Positions 1 to 14,209 of a stretch of DNA of 64,000 nucleotides are shown one piece after another. The stretch spans positions 34,844,001 to 34,908,000 of the forward strand of contig OZ024742.1 of the NCBI GenBank assembly GCA_964016885.1, in the 5' to 3' direction. Origin of the DNA: Eledone cirrhosa (taxonomy: Eukaryota). The first letter of the stretch is position 1. Each line of letters starts with the position of its first letter. The notes under the pieces were generated by a model that had not been told where the DNA came from, did not search any database, and saw only the letters and a list, made by a program, of their open reading frames with translations. A program made the position numbers and the translations under genes.

Positions 1-4
1 ATAT

Positions 5-46
<42 letters not shown>

Positions 47-273
47 GATCGAGTATCGAAAAATCGGCGCACGAGTTCACGATAAACAATATTCGAAATG
101 AGCGGCAGAGGGCTCAATAATTCAGATGAATCAGAGCTATAACTATCGTTAAAATACCGTCACACATAGAACAAGTCTACAATCAACCATACGATAAAAA
201 ATCGATAATAGAAGATTCGGGACAAACAGATAAAAAATATCAATAAAACAATACATCAATAATTTAAATATAC

Positions 274-304
<31 letters not shown>

Positions 305-889
305 GGACGAAAAAACGGGTCAGTACTATACGAACATGCTAGACAACAACATGACGGTAACATAGACAACATAGAAATTAGAATAATATCTAAACATAAG
401 AATGACCCAGCAGATAGGCAAATCAGAGAGGCCAGTGAAATAGAAATTAGAAGACCAAAGCTAAACAGAAAGAATGAGTGGAACAACAACACCCAAACAA
501 ACAACACTGACCTAAGACAAGTATAAATAAGTAAATCAAATCAAATAAAATAAGATAAATAAATACATACACAAGCACAATAACAACAAGCACATAAACA
601 CACACTAGTCACCCAGCAGACACAACACTATACACACTAGTCACACAGCACACATAACACTATACACACACGCAAACGCATGCGCAAAGAAGACAAAATA
701 AAATAAAATAAACAAACAAGCAAATAAATAAATAAATATATAGACAGACTGGATAAAAAATGGCGTAGACATACAACACAACAGGAGGAACAAAGAATAT
801 AACACCACTGACGATGTTGCAGATGTGCAACGAAAGATTTATGTAAATTATGTAAACTATATATATGTGTTTGTGTCTATATTGTATCT

Positions 890-1056
890 GTATTATTTTT
901 GACCGTCGGTCAGTCAATGGCAACATTGAGGACCGAGTAAGTTAGATCGCAGATATAAAAGACAGCGAGAAGCGAAAACCAACCAAACAGTGAGTGTGTT
1001 CTGTTATTAATTCTGGCAATATTACGCAAATATGACCCTCCCCAAGTATAACAATA
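890..1056 (+). repeat. Interspersed repeat terminus abutting (TA)n (copies at 6683-6853; relatives at ~36430-36577, 38240-38405, 43190-43340)
   Basis: The shared end ATGACCCTCCC(C)AAGTATAACAAT is followed by TA repeats, or in one copy by unique sequence. Confidence 0.75.
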
Positions 1057-1060
1057 TATG

Positions 1061-1282
<222 letters not shown>

Positions 1283-1324
1283 CATATATCGTTCCTAGGT
1301 TTTTAACCCTAGGAAAGGAAAATG

Positions 1325-1403
1325 CTTCTCTGATGATCTTTGTTTATCCATTAATATCCATAGGATATCTAATGTTTTGCAAAGTGAAACTGTACAGTAA
1401 GGG
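1325..1403 (+). ncRNA. Candidate type I hammerhead ribozyme (second copy at 7561-7638)
   Basis: TTCT-CTGATGA-T-CTTTG...CAAAG-T-GAAA-CTGTACAG-TA-AGGG, with a palindromic stem III typical of Penelope-associated hammerheads. Confidence 0.55.
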
Positions 1404-1518
1404 CCATCTGAGTAGGTAAATATTTATATTATATTTTTTAATTTTAATTAATTTTAATTTTAAATTAATTTTGATTTATTTTGAAAAATTGGTTGAATTT
1501 TACTTGTTCTGCTTATCT

Positions 1519-1605
<87 letters not shown>

Positions 1606-2063
1606 GATATAGCCAGAGAATGATGTATTTATATACACACTGGAAGTCACCATATATCCATAATTTAGAGGACGTGTGTGGTTAGTATATACTCTGATGA
1701 GCGTCAATGTGTGTATGTGTATCTGCGCGCGCACTGACATGTGTTTGTGTTTGAACGGATGAATCTATGTGTTTGAATGTGTGAATGAATATGTGGGTTT
1801 TGTATTTCAGTCTCATGGCTACGCTGCTGCTTAATCTATTAGATTAGAGTTTCATCGGAAATAGAAAATGCTTAGACTGCAGAAGATGGTGTATATGTAA
1901 AGAGAAAGAAAGAATTTAAGAAACTAATTTGAAACTAAGCACTGTTTGTAGCCTGTTGTTACATTTGTACGTATGTATGTGTGATTTGGACATTCTTTCT
2001 CATATTTCTTGTTTATGTATATTAAATGAGTACATTCACCCAGTCCACCCCCATGCATAGCTG

Positions 2064-2094
<31 letters not shown>

Positions 2095-2096
<2 letters not shown>

Positions 2097-2285
2097 GGAA
2101 CGAGTAGGACCCCGACGGCTGAGATCATACGTTTCGACGGCTAATTCTGGTCCAGAATTAGCCGTCGAAACGGCTTGAGCTCAGCCGTCGGGGTCCTACT
2201 CGTTCCTATTACCCACTCTACTACCCTAAGTATTGAGTACTTTGGTGCGTTATGGTCCACCTGGTTCCTTACCACATTTCCTCCG

Positions 2286-2288
<3 letters not shown>
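2095..2288. repeat. Fold-back (hairpin + tail) element within (TA)n; homologues at 3984-4168 and 5985-6184
   Basis: An inverted repeat with ~55-bp arms is followed by the shared tail TACCCACTC(T/C)ACTA(C/T)CC(T/C)AAGTAT(T/C)GAGTACT; TA tracts flank both sides. Confidence 0.85.
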
Positions 2289-2321
<33 letters not shown>

Positions 2322-2323
<2 letters not shown>

Positions 2324-2498
2324 GTTTCTATTTTAGGCACAAGGCCAGCAATTACCCACTACATTACTGGTACTTTATTTTATCGACCCCGTAAGGATGA
2401 AAGGCAAAGTTAACCTCGGCGGGATTTGAACTCAGATCATAAAGGGACGTAACTCTATGCTTCAAAGCATGGTGTCCGACTCTCTACCGAAACTGCCA
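2322..2498 (-). mobile_element. tRNA-derived SINE, family A
   Basis: Reverse complement of the 13368-13552 consensus. Confidence 0.85.
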
Positions 2499-2617
2499 AA
2501 TAATGAAATACTGTTGGCTTCACGCTCACAACAATTTCTATACTTTAATTTATATATATATATATATATATACATATACATATGTATATGTATAGATGTA
2601 TATATACAGACACACGT

Positions 2618-2685
<68 letters not shown>

Positions 2686-3198
2686 ACGTGTGTCTGTATA
2701 TATACATCTATACATATACATATGTATATGTATATTCAAATATATAAAAATACATACATACACGCATATGTATGTATGTGTGTGTATGTACGTATATATA
2801 TATATCTATTCATATATAAATGTATATGTATATTATTCAAATATATAAAAATACATCTCATATTCCCTCTTCTCTCTGTCATACTATTCCTTTATTCTTC
2901 TACGGGTTCCAATTCGTAGACTGCTTTCAGGCTGGTACCAATTATATATATATATATATTATATTATATTATATTTAGAGTTATAAACTCAAACAGTCCT
3001 TTACAATTAATTAGCTCAAAGAAAGAAGCATTTCTGAGCCGTGAAATACAAGTTAATATAAATTAATATATGATAAACACATAAGTGTTTGTATTGTAAA
3101 AGACGAAGTTAGCTAGAATGAAATAAACTAATTCAAATAAATATAGTTTGCCTGTCTCGATTTAAAATAATAAATCAATAAAAACAAACCCATATTGG

Positions 3199-3269
<71 letters not shown>

Positions 3270-3472
3270 GATGTTGTTTACTTGTCCCCCTAGCTTTACA
3301 GGAATTACTGGTCCCAATAACTTTTTTAGTTATTGCTCGCACCAACCTGAGGTATCTGATTTTTAATGCGATGAAATACCAATGATGGTTGGAAAATCAC
3401 CGACGAAGGATTATTTTTATCATATGTAACCCATGTGCAAACCACGCAGTATTCTTCTTTCTTCTCATGTTT

Positions 3473-3510
<38 letters not shown>

Positions 3511-3519
<9 letters not shown>

Positions 3520-3855
3520 AGATCAAAAGATGGTTAAATGAGTTCCATGTATTTTATTATGCGCATTTCAAAAACAAATATCATCATACAATAACATTTG
3601 TGTTTTCATCAGATAAAATAGGAAGACATGATATGAAGGTTAAAAAAACACTTGTGGATAGTGCAGTTTTAAATCAACATATCATATATGTTGATTTAAA
3701 ACTGCACTATCCACAAGTGTTTTTAACCTTCATATCATGTCTTCCTATTTTATCTGATGAAAACACAAATGTTATTGTATGATGATATTTGTTTTTGAAA
3801 TGCGCATAATAAAATACATGGAACTCATTTAACCATCTTTTGATCTTATATATTA
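3511..3855. repeat. Near-perfect palindrome with ~170-bp arms centred near 3683
   Basis: The ORF track gives the same peptide on both strands (3435 + and 3707 -). The same terminus recurs unpaired at 7782-7882. Confidence 0.92.
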
Positions 3856-3939
3856 TGTATACTCCAGTCCTACAAATTGTAGAGTGCTTCTTATCCGATA
3901 TCTGCATTGCTTTATTGTACTACAATAAAACTCACCTCC

Positions 3940-3986
<47 letters not shown>

Positions 3987-4164
3987 AGAAATCGTGACCC
4001 CGACAGCTGAGCTGTCAACAGCTAGATCCAACTCGATCTAGCTGTTGAAACGACACAAGCTCAGCCGTTGGGGGTCCAGAATTTGTTCTCACTACCCACT
4101 CCACTATCCCAAGTATCGAGTACTTTGGTGAGTAATGGCCTAACTGATTTTTACTGCATCCACA

Positions 4165-4215
<51 letters not shown>

Positions 4216-4218
<3 letters not shown>

Positions 4219-4268
4219 TTTCAGAAGATCCCGTTAAGGGTGAAAGCAGCGATTCTTTGCTTAAACTT
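4216..4268 (+). ncRNA. Candidate type I hammerhead ribozyme, variant core CAGAAGA (also at 32402-32452, ~38617-38665 and duplicated copies)
   Basis: AAGTTT-CAGAAGA-T-CCC-GTTAA-GGG-T-GAAA-GCA...TGC-TT-AAACTT; stems I, II and III pair by eye. Confidence 0.55.
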
Positions 4269-4374
4269 TAATCTGTTATTTTAATAAATATTTGCTCTAC
4301 GGTTCTTATATATTTGATATATATTTATCCTTATCGAGCCCTCTTTGGATTTTAGTCTTCAAATTTATTATTAT

Positions 4375-4405
<31 letters not shown>

Positions 4406-4909
4406 AGAGAGAGATTGATAGTCAGTCTACAATATATTCCACGATACTATGGAGAGGAAAACGAGACTGCAGCACTCCATAAGATATCTAAAAGTATCCC
4501 CCCCCCAAAAAAAAAACAAACACAAAAAAAGCCAAACAAACAAACGAAAAAAAAACAAACAAAACAAACAAACAACAAATCGACACAAAAATCTTCAAAA
4601 CCTGTCTCTGACATTCTTCATCACACCAATCCCTTCTAGAGAACTCTACTTTATAGAATATCAACAAGGAATTTATCCAAATGCTTGCACCATCACAAAT
4701 GCCTGTGCTTAGACTAACAATATTTCTCTTCTGCTGAATACTTCAGTACGAGAGGAAACATTTTATTAAGCACGTTCAGTATACCTGTACTAGAACGTTA
4801 TTCATACTTCCCGAAAGTTGGTAACATTGTATGTAGAACTAACGTATACGTTCTTTCGAGATGACATCCTTGGAAAACGTGGGCGGTAGACGTAATCTGT
4901 CACCACAGG

Positions 4910-5096
4910 CAGTGCTGGATTTACCATAGTGCTTAGGTGTGATTAAGCACAGAGCTCTGTTGGCTAGAGAGGCCTATCTTCCTGTCCACCAACATTTTTA
5001 CGATGAATTTTTCAAATGATTTTCAAATGTCAAACGTTCAAAGGAGCCTCATAACTTGACTAGCACAGGGCCTCATTTGTCCTAAATCCGGCACTG
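4910..5096. mobile_element. hAT-type MITE
   Basis: 14-bp TIR CAGTGCTGGATTTA / TAAATCCGGCACTG with 1 mismatch; 8-bp TSD ACCACAGG on both sides. Confidence 0.85.
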
Positions 5097-5918
5097 ACCA
5101 CAGGTAACCTAGTACTGACGATCCTCGGTCAATTCTTGGACATCGCTGTGCGTTATGTTCTTAAGAAAGCCGATTTATTTCTCATAGTTATTTATTATAG
5201 AACTTCCCTCTCTCCACATGTATTAATAAACACGACAAAGAAACCTCTTATGAAATGTAATACTGTAGAAATCCAAATAAAGCTACATAAGTGTGAGCGG
5301 TAAATTTCATTTCATTTTTATGGTATCAGTCGGTTAAACGAGATGTCACACAGAACGTTTAAAACTGGGTCTTTATGATTGCGAATCTCACTTCTTAATA
5401 TACGGCCATGCTACTGCTACACAAGTATTTATTGCTTATTTCTATTACCCTTGAACTAATTTACAACAATAAAAATCTGAACACTATTATGTTAACCTCA
5501 TCCATTTACACAGTTTATCATGGCATACAGAAGCTATAGGAACTGTCATTTACTTCATACTAACTACTGTGGACCCTGTATGGCAAAATGATTAAGAGGT
5601 TTGCTTCACATTCATTAGCTCTATGGTTCGATCCTCGAGTTGACTCAGGACCAGTGAGTGAAATTGGGTTGATGGAAACTGTTTGGACGTTCGTCAGATG
5701 GACTGTATCTGTCAATCGAAGGGCCAGCTTCGTCTCAATCTGTGTCTTGCTGAATCTCCTCAAAAATAACGATCAGATGGACTGTACCTACAAATCAAGG
5801 GCTAACCTCATCATATTCTGACTCTTGCTGAATATTCCCGAGGATTAGCTTAATGGTATTCCTATCTATTGAATGTTCGACCATTTACACGTTCATTTCA
5901 TTAGTAAGCTGTTCAGTT

Positions 5919-5988
<70 letters not shown>

Positions 5989-6182
5989 AAAATGTTTAAT
6001 TCCGACAGTAGAGCTCAAGCCGTTTCGACGGCTATTTCTGGACTAGTCCAGAAATAGTCTTCGAAACGGCTTGAGCTCTACTGTCGGAGTTAAACGTTTT
6101 CCTATTACCCACTCTACTACCCTAAGTATTGAGTACTCTGGTGCGTTATGGTCCATCTGGTTCCTTACCACACCTCTTTCGT

Positions 6183-6281
<99 letters not shown>

Positions 6282-6509
6282 TGCAATTCGATTTCGATTA
6301 ATGCCATCGCTTGATACTTAAGCATTAGCATCACGGAAGTGGGTTTTTAGAACCGTGGGAAAACATGTCACATATCAAGCGGTGCCTGTGTTTGACGCTT
6401 CTTTAAGTAAGGAAAGTCTTTGCACGACCCGACCATGGACTATGCACAGGTTGTACTGGATTACATGTACCAGTAGCGCTGTGTGTGTGTGTGTGTGTAC
6501 TTACGGTAA

Positions 6510-6619
<110 letters not shown>

Positions 6620-6846
6620 ACGGCGATGAATTAGTTTTGCGAGGTTTTTGATATGAAATCATGTGTCGAAACAAATATTGTTATATTATTTTTGACCGTT
6701 GGTCAGTCAATGGCAACATTGAGGACCGAATAAATTAGATTACCGATATAAAAGACACATCGCGAGAAGCGAAAACCAACCAAACAGTGAGTGTGTTCTG
6801 TTATTAATTCTGGCAATATTACACAAATATGACCTTCCCCAAGTAT

Positions 6847-6879
<33 letters not shown>

Positions 6880-6927
6880 CGATATTAAACAAATGGAAAC
6901 TATATTTATAAAACCATATTTATTTCA

Positions 6928-6982
6928 TTATAAATATTTCGGGGATACCATATTAAAAATATGGCATGCCTTCGTCAGATAA
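6928..6982 (-). ncRNA. Candidate minimal hammerhead ribozyme
   Basis: Minus strand reads TTAT-CTGACGA-AGGCATGCCATATT-TTT-AATATGGTATCCCC-GAAA-TATTT-ATAA. Confidence 0.55.
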
Positions 6983-7393
6983 AATACAATATATAAACAG
7001 TTTTATAAATAATTTTGACGTACCATAAATATGAGCGACCATTAAGGTAGGAAGCTGGTTTGGTATATATATATAATCTGAATTTGATCATAAATCCAAC
7101 ATTCTAATCATTAAGTCACAAACCTTCACTTGAAATTGAATAAAAATCATACTTAATGTTGACATTTGAACATATATGTTTCTTTATTAGCCACAGGGGC
7201 CACAAGAAGGGGTCAAGTACAAAGGGGGAAGTTTACATACAATAAAAACGTGTAAAATATTATCACAAATGCAATTTAAAAATTAGTCGATTTTCCCCAA
7301 TCACCAGTAGCACCAACTGGTGACCTGACATATATATATATATATACATACATACATATATATATACATACATACATATATATATATACATAC

Positions 7394-7459
<66 letters not shown>

Positions 7460-7756
7460 TATTTACGGGTCACTTTACGACCTTTTAGACCTGTATTAGT
7501 TGGAGTGAGGTTATATATTTTGTCGTTCCTGGGGTTTTTAACCCTAGGACAGGAAAATACTTCTCTGATGATCGTTGCTTTTCCATTAATATCCTCGTGA
7601 TATTTAATGTTTTGCAAAGTGAAACTGTACAGTTAGGGCCATTTGAATAGGTAAATATTTATATTATATTTTTAAATTTTGATTAATTTTAATTGTATAT
7701 TAATTTTGATTTATTTTGAAAAATTGGTTGAATTTTACTTGTTCTGCTTATCTTGT

Positions 7757-7791
<35 letters not shown>

Positions 7792-7880
7792 AGATCAAAA
7801 GATGGTTAAAGGAGTTCCATGTATTTTATTATGCGCATTTCAAAAACAAACATCATCGTGCAATAATATTTGTGTTTTCA

Positions 7881-7950
<70 letters not shown>

Positions 7951-8127
7951 TATATGTGAAGGTATGTATATTCTCTTTGATAGTTTGTATAATTTTGTAC
8001 ATAGATCTTTTGAATATGCATACCAATTATAACACATATATGTCCTAGAACGATCGTAAAATAATGAACTTTTTTTGTTTAATATAAGGAACTGTTTCTT
8101 TGTTTATTCATTATTTTTTTAATAATT

Positions 8128-8552
<425 letters not shown>

Positions 8553-8652
8553 CCCAGGGGGTGTAACTTGGGGTTACTGAAGGTTCGCCCGGGTTCATCA
8601 TTTACCAATAAATGCAATGAAGGAGTAATCAATAGTCCTTGTTATCCTTTCA

Positions 8653-8693
<41 letters not shown>

Positions 8694-9218
8694 CATATAT
8701 ACACATAAGCACAAGTCATATTCTCTCTATTCTTTATACATACATACATACATACAAGCATACATATATACATGCGAGCATACATACATACATACATACA
8801 TATATTATATTAAAGCAGAACTATATTTTATATAGGGGTATCATTCTCTCATTGGAATTCAGACAAACAGCATATATGTGGAATCACAGCAATTAGAGAA
8901 ACCATAAGAAAAATAAAAAGACATATCATGCGTAATATTTGTCCCTCGTTTTCATATTTATCAGAAATTTAGCATCATTTTCTCATCATTTTCAATGCCG
9001 TTTACAACCTCATCTTTTCAAAATTTCTTATCAATCCTGTTTTAAAACAAGCGAAAGCAGCACCGATAATTATAGACATAAACGTGAGTCCAGAATATAT
9101 AAGATTATTGGAGCAAAAGGATGAGAGAAACATGTTATTAAATATTGTTGTCCGGGTTGATATTCTGGGAAATGTTCGCATTGTTAACATATGCCAATCA
9201 CAACTATTCCACATCGAT

Positions 9219-9418
9219 NNNNNNNNNNNNNNNNNNNNNNNNNNNNNNNNNNNNNNNNNNNNNNNNNNNNNNNNNNNNNNNNNNNNNNNNNNNNNNNNNN
9301 NNNNNNNNNNNNNNNNNNNNNNNNNNNNNNNNNNNNNNNNNNNNNNNNNNNNNNNNNNNNNNNNNNNNNNNNNNNNNNNNNNNNNNNNNNNNNNNNNNNN
9401 NNNNNNNNNNNNNNNNNN
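9219..9418. other. Assembly (scaffolding) gap
   Basis: 200 consecutive N. Confidence 0.99.
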
Positions 9419-11062
9419 AATCATGAGGTTCTGGGTTTGTCCCACTGTGTTGTATCTTGGACAAGTTAACCATAGTCTCAAGTTAACCTAAGCCTTGTAA
9501 GTGAAATTGGGTAGATGGAAACTTTTTAGAAGCCCATTGGATGAACAGTACCAGTCATGCCATGCTTAATCTATCTGAGAATTATGTTACGGGTACACAT
9601 GCCTGAGGAATACTCAACCAGTTACACATTAATTTAGTGAGTCAGCTATTCCATTGACTGAACAACTGGAATACTCATTGTTCAAACCTAAAATAAAAAT
9701 AGTCATATGAATTCATTTTATAGAACCTAAAATATAATTTCACTCTTATATTTTTATTTTCTGAGAAAATATGCTTTTTCAAAATACTGTAGTAATTTGC
9801 ATGATTACTTTAAATAAATTATTGTTCTCATCAGTAAATTTTCCAGTGTATATTGCCATATTTGTGGGTGTAGAATATTTTTACTTTTTCTGTCTTGGAC
9901 TAAAATGAACAAATTTCAGATAGATTTCGATAGCCTATGACCTTCTCAGTTAAAGTATGTACCCATTTTGCAAAATTTCTGCAAATTTGTGTGTAAATAT
10001 GTATATCATAATCACTTATTTTCCCTGCTTGCATTAATTAGGCAGGTTGTCACATTATGAGGTCAGATAGGACAGGTGATCACGTCTTGTTCGTATAATC
10101 TGTTGTTGACTTCGTTTTCTGCAACTAGATGCCCTTCCTAATGCCAACCACATTACAGCATGTACTGAGCTTCTTTTGTGGCACTACCACTACAACCTTA
10201 CTGAGTGTACTAGGTTTTTTTTTGTGTGGCACCAGCACTACCACTTTACATGGTAGACTGGGTTCTTTTTGTTATGGCACCACCACTACCACCTCAAAGA
10301 ATTGATGGGGGCTTTTTTGTTAAGGCACTAGCACTACCCCCTTAAAGGGTGATCTTATGTTATAGTAAATAACACTTGCCCACGATGGTATGCAGTGTCA
10401 TCAAACACAGAACTTCATAGCTACAATGCAACTTTATAACCGTTTGGCCATGCTGTGTGGATGTAACAAGTAATAATATAATGGTACATATATGTGTGTG
10501 TGTTAGGTTGATTTTGTTGGAAATTCCAGCTGAATAGTAATATCTAATTTTAAAAGAAATAAACAAAATTGTATTTATATATGAATCCTAGAAAAGTGTA
10601 TTAAAAGAAGAAGAAATGGAACAGAATTAAATAAACTGAATGAAAATAAAATCATCATCATCATTACCGTTTAATGTCCATTTTCCATGCTAGCATGGGT
10701 TAAATGAGTTGTCCCATTTGAGGCAAGTCAGATTAGGTAGCAGTGCCTTGCTCATACAGAACTGGCAGACATTTAATGGGCATCTAGCCATAGAAATCAT
10801 GCCAAAATATGGTGAGACATGGTTCTCCAACCTGTTTAGTTTTGGACTGTAACTACTTGGTCCAACCCATACCAGCATAGAAAGTGGACATAAAATTATG
10901 AAGATGATATATATATATATTTAAGTTTGGTGGTTCACCACTGGATAGAACTGGTCATTCCATATAGTTAACTGTGATGTAATAGTAGGAAAAGCACTCA
11001 ACATCATTTTAATTAAACTAATATATATATATGTTGTTTAATTTTTTCTTCATATATTGCAG

Positions 11063-11206
11063 ATATATAATCAAGTGATTGATAAACCTTATAAAGAAGA
11101 ACTGAGCCAACAAATCAAAAGGCTCAATGCAGTCCATTCCTCCCCCTTAATATGTGGCGACCTTGACCTGCAGTTTCTAAGCAAAGCCACTGACAACCTA
11201 AAACAT
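11063..11206 (+). CDS. FANCF: FANCF-like gene, first visible coding exon (phase 0-0): IYNQVIDKPYKEELSQQIKRLNAVHSSPLICGDLDLQFLSKATDNLKH
   Basis: Pyrimidine tract plus TTGCAG acceptor and CAT|GTTAGT donor; 144 nt open. Position and pattern resemble the FANCF region just after the N-terminal W-x-x-Y helix (from recall). Confidence 0.75.
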
Positions 11207-12446
11207 GTTAGTATATTTTACTGTTTTTTTTTATTTTTTAGTTCAATGTCTGCCCTAATTGAGCAAACTTTAAAGGTTTGAATCTTCCACCTTTTTGTAT
11301 GTCTATGACTACATTGTCTAATATGTCTTTGCTTTTGAAAAAGAGTAGGGCTTGATTTCAGAAAGTTGTGACTGCTATTTCTAACAGATTCATTGATCAC
11401 ATTGAAGCTCCTTCATTGTCTTGAAGACAACGACAGCTTAATATATTTGATTCTTGTGGTTTAACTCCAGGTCAACCCTGACTAAGCAGACTTATGATCA
11501 ATGAAAATTTTGTCATGACCTTCCTGTCTTTTTATATAGGCTGACTGAACACACTTGCATTTTGTCAAAAAATTGTTTTGCCATTCTTTCCTCTTATCTT
11601 TTATTTCTCATTCTATCTTCTGTTGAAGGATTAATATCCTAAATGTAAAGACTCTGAATACGTGTAGATTATGATGTCCATGATAAATAACAGTCATTAA
11701 AACAATCGATTAACTACTATTACATTCTTCTTATTAATTTGTTTGTAGCTGCTTATTTTAAAATGTCCACATTTAGATATTTCTAACAATGACACAGAAC
11801 TACAAATTCTGGGGAGGAGAGAGAAAAAGAGAGTATTTAACTCATTTAATACCAACCTACTTGAAACTACATCAGGTTCTATGATACAAAACTATGCTAA
11901 CCTGCAAAAATAAATGTATGTAACATAGTTTAATAAAATTGATAAACATGAACATAAGTTATCATTTGATACTAAACTGTTTGAAACTGCCCCTGTTTCT
12001 ATAATACAAAACTGTGTTTTAAAATGTTTATATTTATATAGAAATCTATCATAAATTTATAAAATAACCTTTAAGTTATGTTCCAAACACCAGCTTAACC
12101 CTTTAGTATTTAAACCAGCTGTATCCAGCCAGAATTCTCTCACCCCTTTCTGTTCAAACTGGCTGTAACTGGCCACTCATACTTATGTTAAGGTATTGTT
12201 CTCTAAATAAATAATATCAAAATTTCATAGCTTCGATATTATGTGGGATAAGTATGTGAAATAAAGTGTTTACCATGAAAATACAATAGTAAATATAGGG
12301 TAATGTAAATGTTAATAATGGGAAAGATATTAAATTGCTCCCAATTCATGATTATTTCAAAATGATTTGAAAATCATAAAATCCATCTATGATTGGAAAT
12401 ATTGTAACAAAAGGGTTTAATAAGATCTTTCATGTTTACCTTTCAG

Positions 12447-12533
12447 TTGTTACTCTGTAATGGTCATCTTTCAGATGAATTATTTGAGGAGCTCATTCAA
12501 ACTTCACTAGGAGACAGGGAATTTATCATCAAA
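12447..12533 (+). CDS. FANCF: FANCF-like exon (phase 0-0): LLLCNGHLSDELFEELIQTSLGDREFIIK
   Basis: TTTCAG acceptor and AAA|GTAAGG donor; 87 nt. LLLCNGHL resembles human FANCF RLLENRAL. Confidence 0.78.
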
Positions 12534-12570
12534 GTAAGGATTTTTCAGAATGTAATATTGTTGTCTAGTT

Positions 12571-12718
12571 CAGTGTTCACCAACCTTTTGGACCTCACGG
12601 ACCACTAAATTCATAATTTTAACTCCTGCAGACCACTAATATGAATTTTTTTAAAAAGATAAATACATTAAAATGTTTCTGCAGACCACCAAAATTTCTC
12701 GTAGTCCGCGGACCACTG
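12571..12718. mobile_element. hAT (Charlie-like) MITE
   Basis: Ends CAGTG...CACTG; 8-bp TSD GTCTAGTT on both sides. Confidence 0.8.
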
Positions 12719-13367
12719 GTCTAGTTAATCCAACAATAAATGGGCAGAATTGTTAGAGTGTAGGATAAAATACCTTGCAGTATTTATTCCTCTACTCTGT
12801 TCTCTAACTTCAAATTCCATTGAAATCAATTTTTGCCTTTCATCCTTTCAGGCTTTATTAAATAAAGTATCGATCCTAGATAGTGGATTGGCTGACACAA
12901 TGTTAATTTTTTTGTCCTAGGGGAAGGGGAATTGAGTTAAAACCCCTGAGTATTACTGCTAGTTATTGTATTAACACACAGAACTCTTTTAGTATTTTAA
13001 CTCAGTAGGACAAAAATCAAATTCAATACCAGTGGAGTTTGTGTCAAACCATAAAACAAGGCAACTTAACCTTGAAATATTTAATTTAGTTCACTGACAA
13101 ATCCACCAATGTATGGCATTTGTATTCTGCTGCTTCCAGTTATTGAACTGTGACCAAATTAGTGGCCTGGTTTCATGAATTACAGTTCATTATACCAACT
13201 GTACAGTACTTGGCTGGTACATGATAAAACTGCTACCTTTATAACATCATGCATGACATCTATGAAGTCTTTGTGTTGCAACCTCATAGGAGGCTGGCTA
13301 AACCTACAAAGTGTAAGCCATAATTGTTTCTCTGGCACAAAGCCAGCAATTACCCAGTGTATTACTG

Positions 13368-13552
13368 GGTGGATTGGCAGTATCGGTAGAGAGTCGGACG
13401 CCATGCTTTGCAGCATAGAGTTACGGCCCTTTATGATCTGAGTTCAAATCTCACCGAGGTCAACTTTGCCTTTCATCCTTACGGGGTCGATAAAATAAAG
13501 TACCAGTAATACACTGGGATAATTGCTGGCCTTGTGCCAAAAGTAGAAACAA
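13368..13552 (+). mobile_element. tRNA-derived SINE, family A
   Basis: A-box-like TGGCAGTATCGG, B-box GAGTTCAAATC, central CTTTGCCTTTCATCCTTACGGGGTCGATAAA (resembles the MetaSINE-type domain, from recall); 15-bp TSD AAGTGTAAGCCATAA. Confidence 0.88.
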
Positions 13553-14209
13553 GTGTAAGCCATAACTTGAATGGTATTTACTTAACATTATAAAGGACAG
13601 TATGCACCCCAAGATATTTTGTTTGGTGCTTATTTAATAATCTTGAAAAGATGAAAAGCAAAGTTGATCTGGCTGGGGATTGAATTCAGATTATAAAATG
13701 TCCAAATACCACAAAATATTTTGCCAGTGTCAAGGGCATGACAGCCTCTATAGCATTGGTGATCTCCATGATAAACACCTTGTACGCTCTGTAACATGGT
13801 TGTTGGTAGGAAAAGCATACATCTGTAGAAAACTTGCCAAAATTATGGGTCTGGAGGACTCTTCATCTGTGTAAAAGACATGAAAACCTCCCTAGTGCTG
13901 GTGCAGTGATAAAATGCACCTGGTGCACTTACTAGAATGCAGATCCCAGGCCTGTTTGAGAGGTCAGTAGGTCCTATTAAATACTGACTTAGTCTGTTAC
14001 AACCCATCCAATTCTTGCTAGCAGGGAAAGTAGACATTAAATAATTTTTTACCAGTTCTAAAACTCACTCCTGTTTTAAAATTACAAACCTCTCTAACCC
14101 ATACAAGCATGGAAAACACTTAAAATAGTGGAGATGTTGATGATACACATACTAGAAATACATAGTCTAAACATTTTTTTCTTTATTTTTTTTCTGTGTC
14201 TTTTTACAG

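Noticed and set aside
8975-9218. Frames open on both strands running into the gap; possible FANCF exon 1 or another gene
   Set aside because: No recognisable motif, no FANCF N-terminal pattern, and truncated by Ns.
13140-13312. Extra FANCF exon ending at AGT|GTAAGC
   Set aside because: No acceptor gives a stop-free, phase-compatible frame; the GTAAGC is part of a SINE target-site duplication.
13368-13460. tRNA gene
   Set aside because: A/B boxes are present, but there is no cloverleaf and the sequence continues into a multi-copy SINE body.
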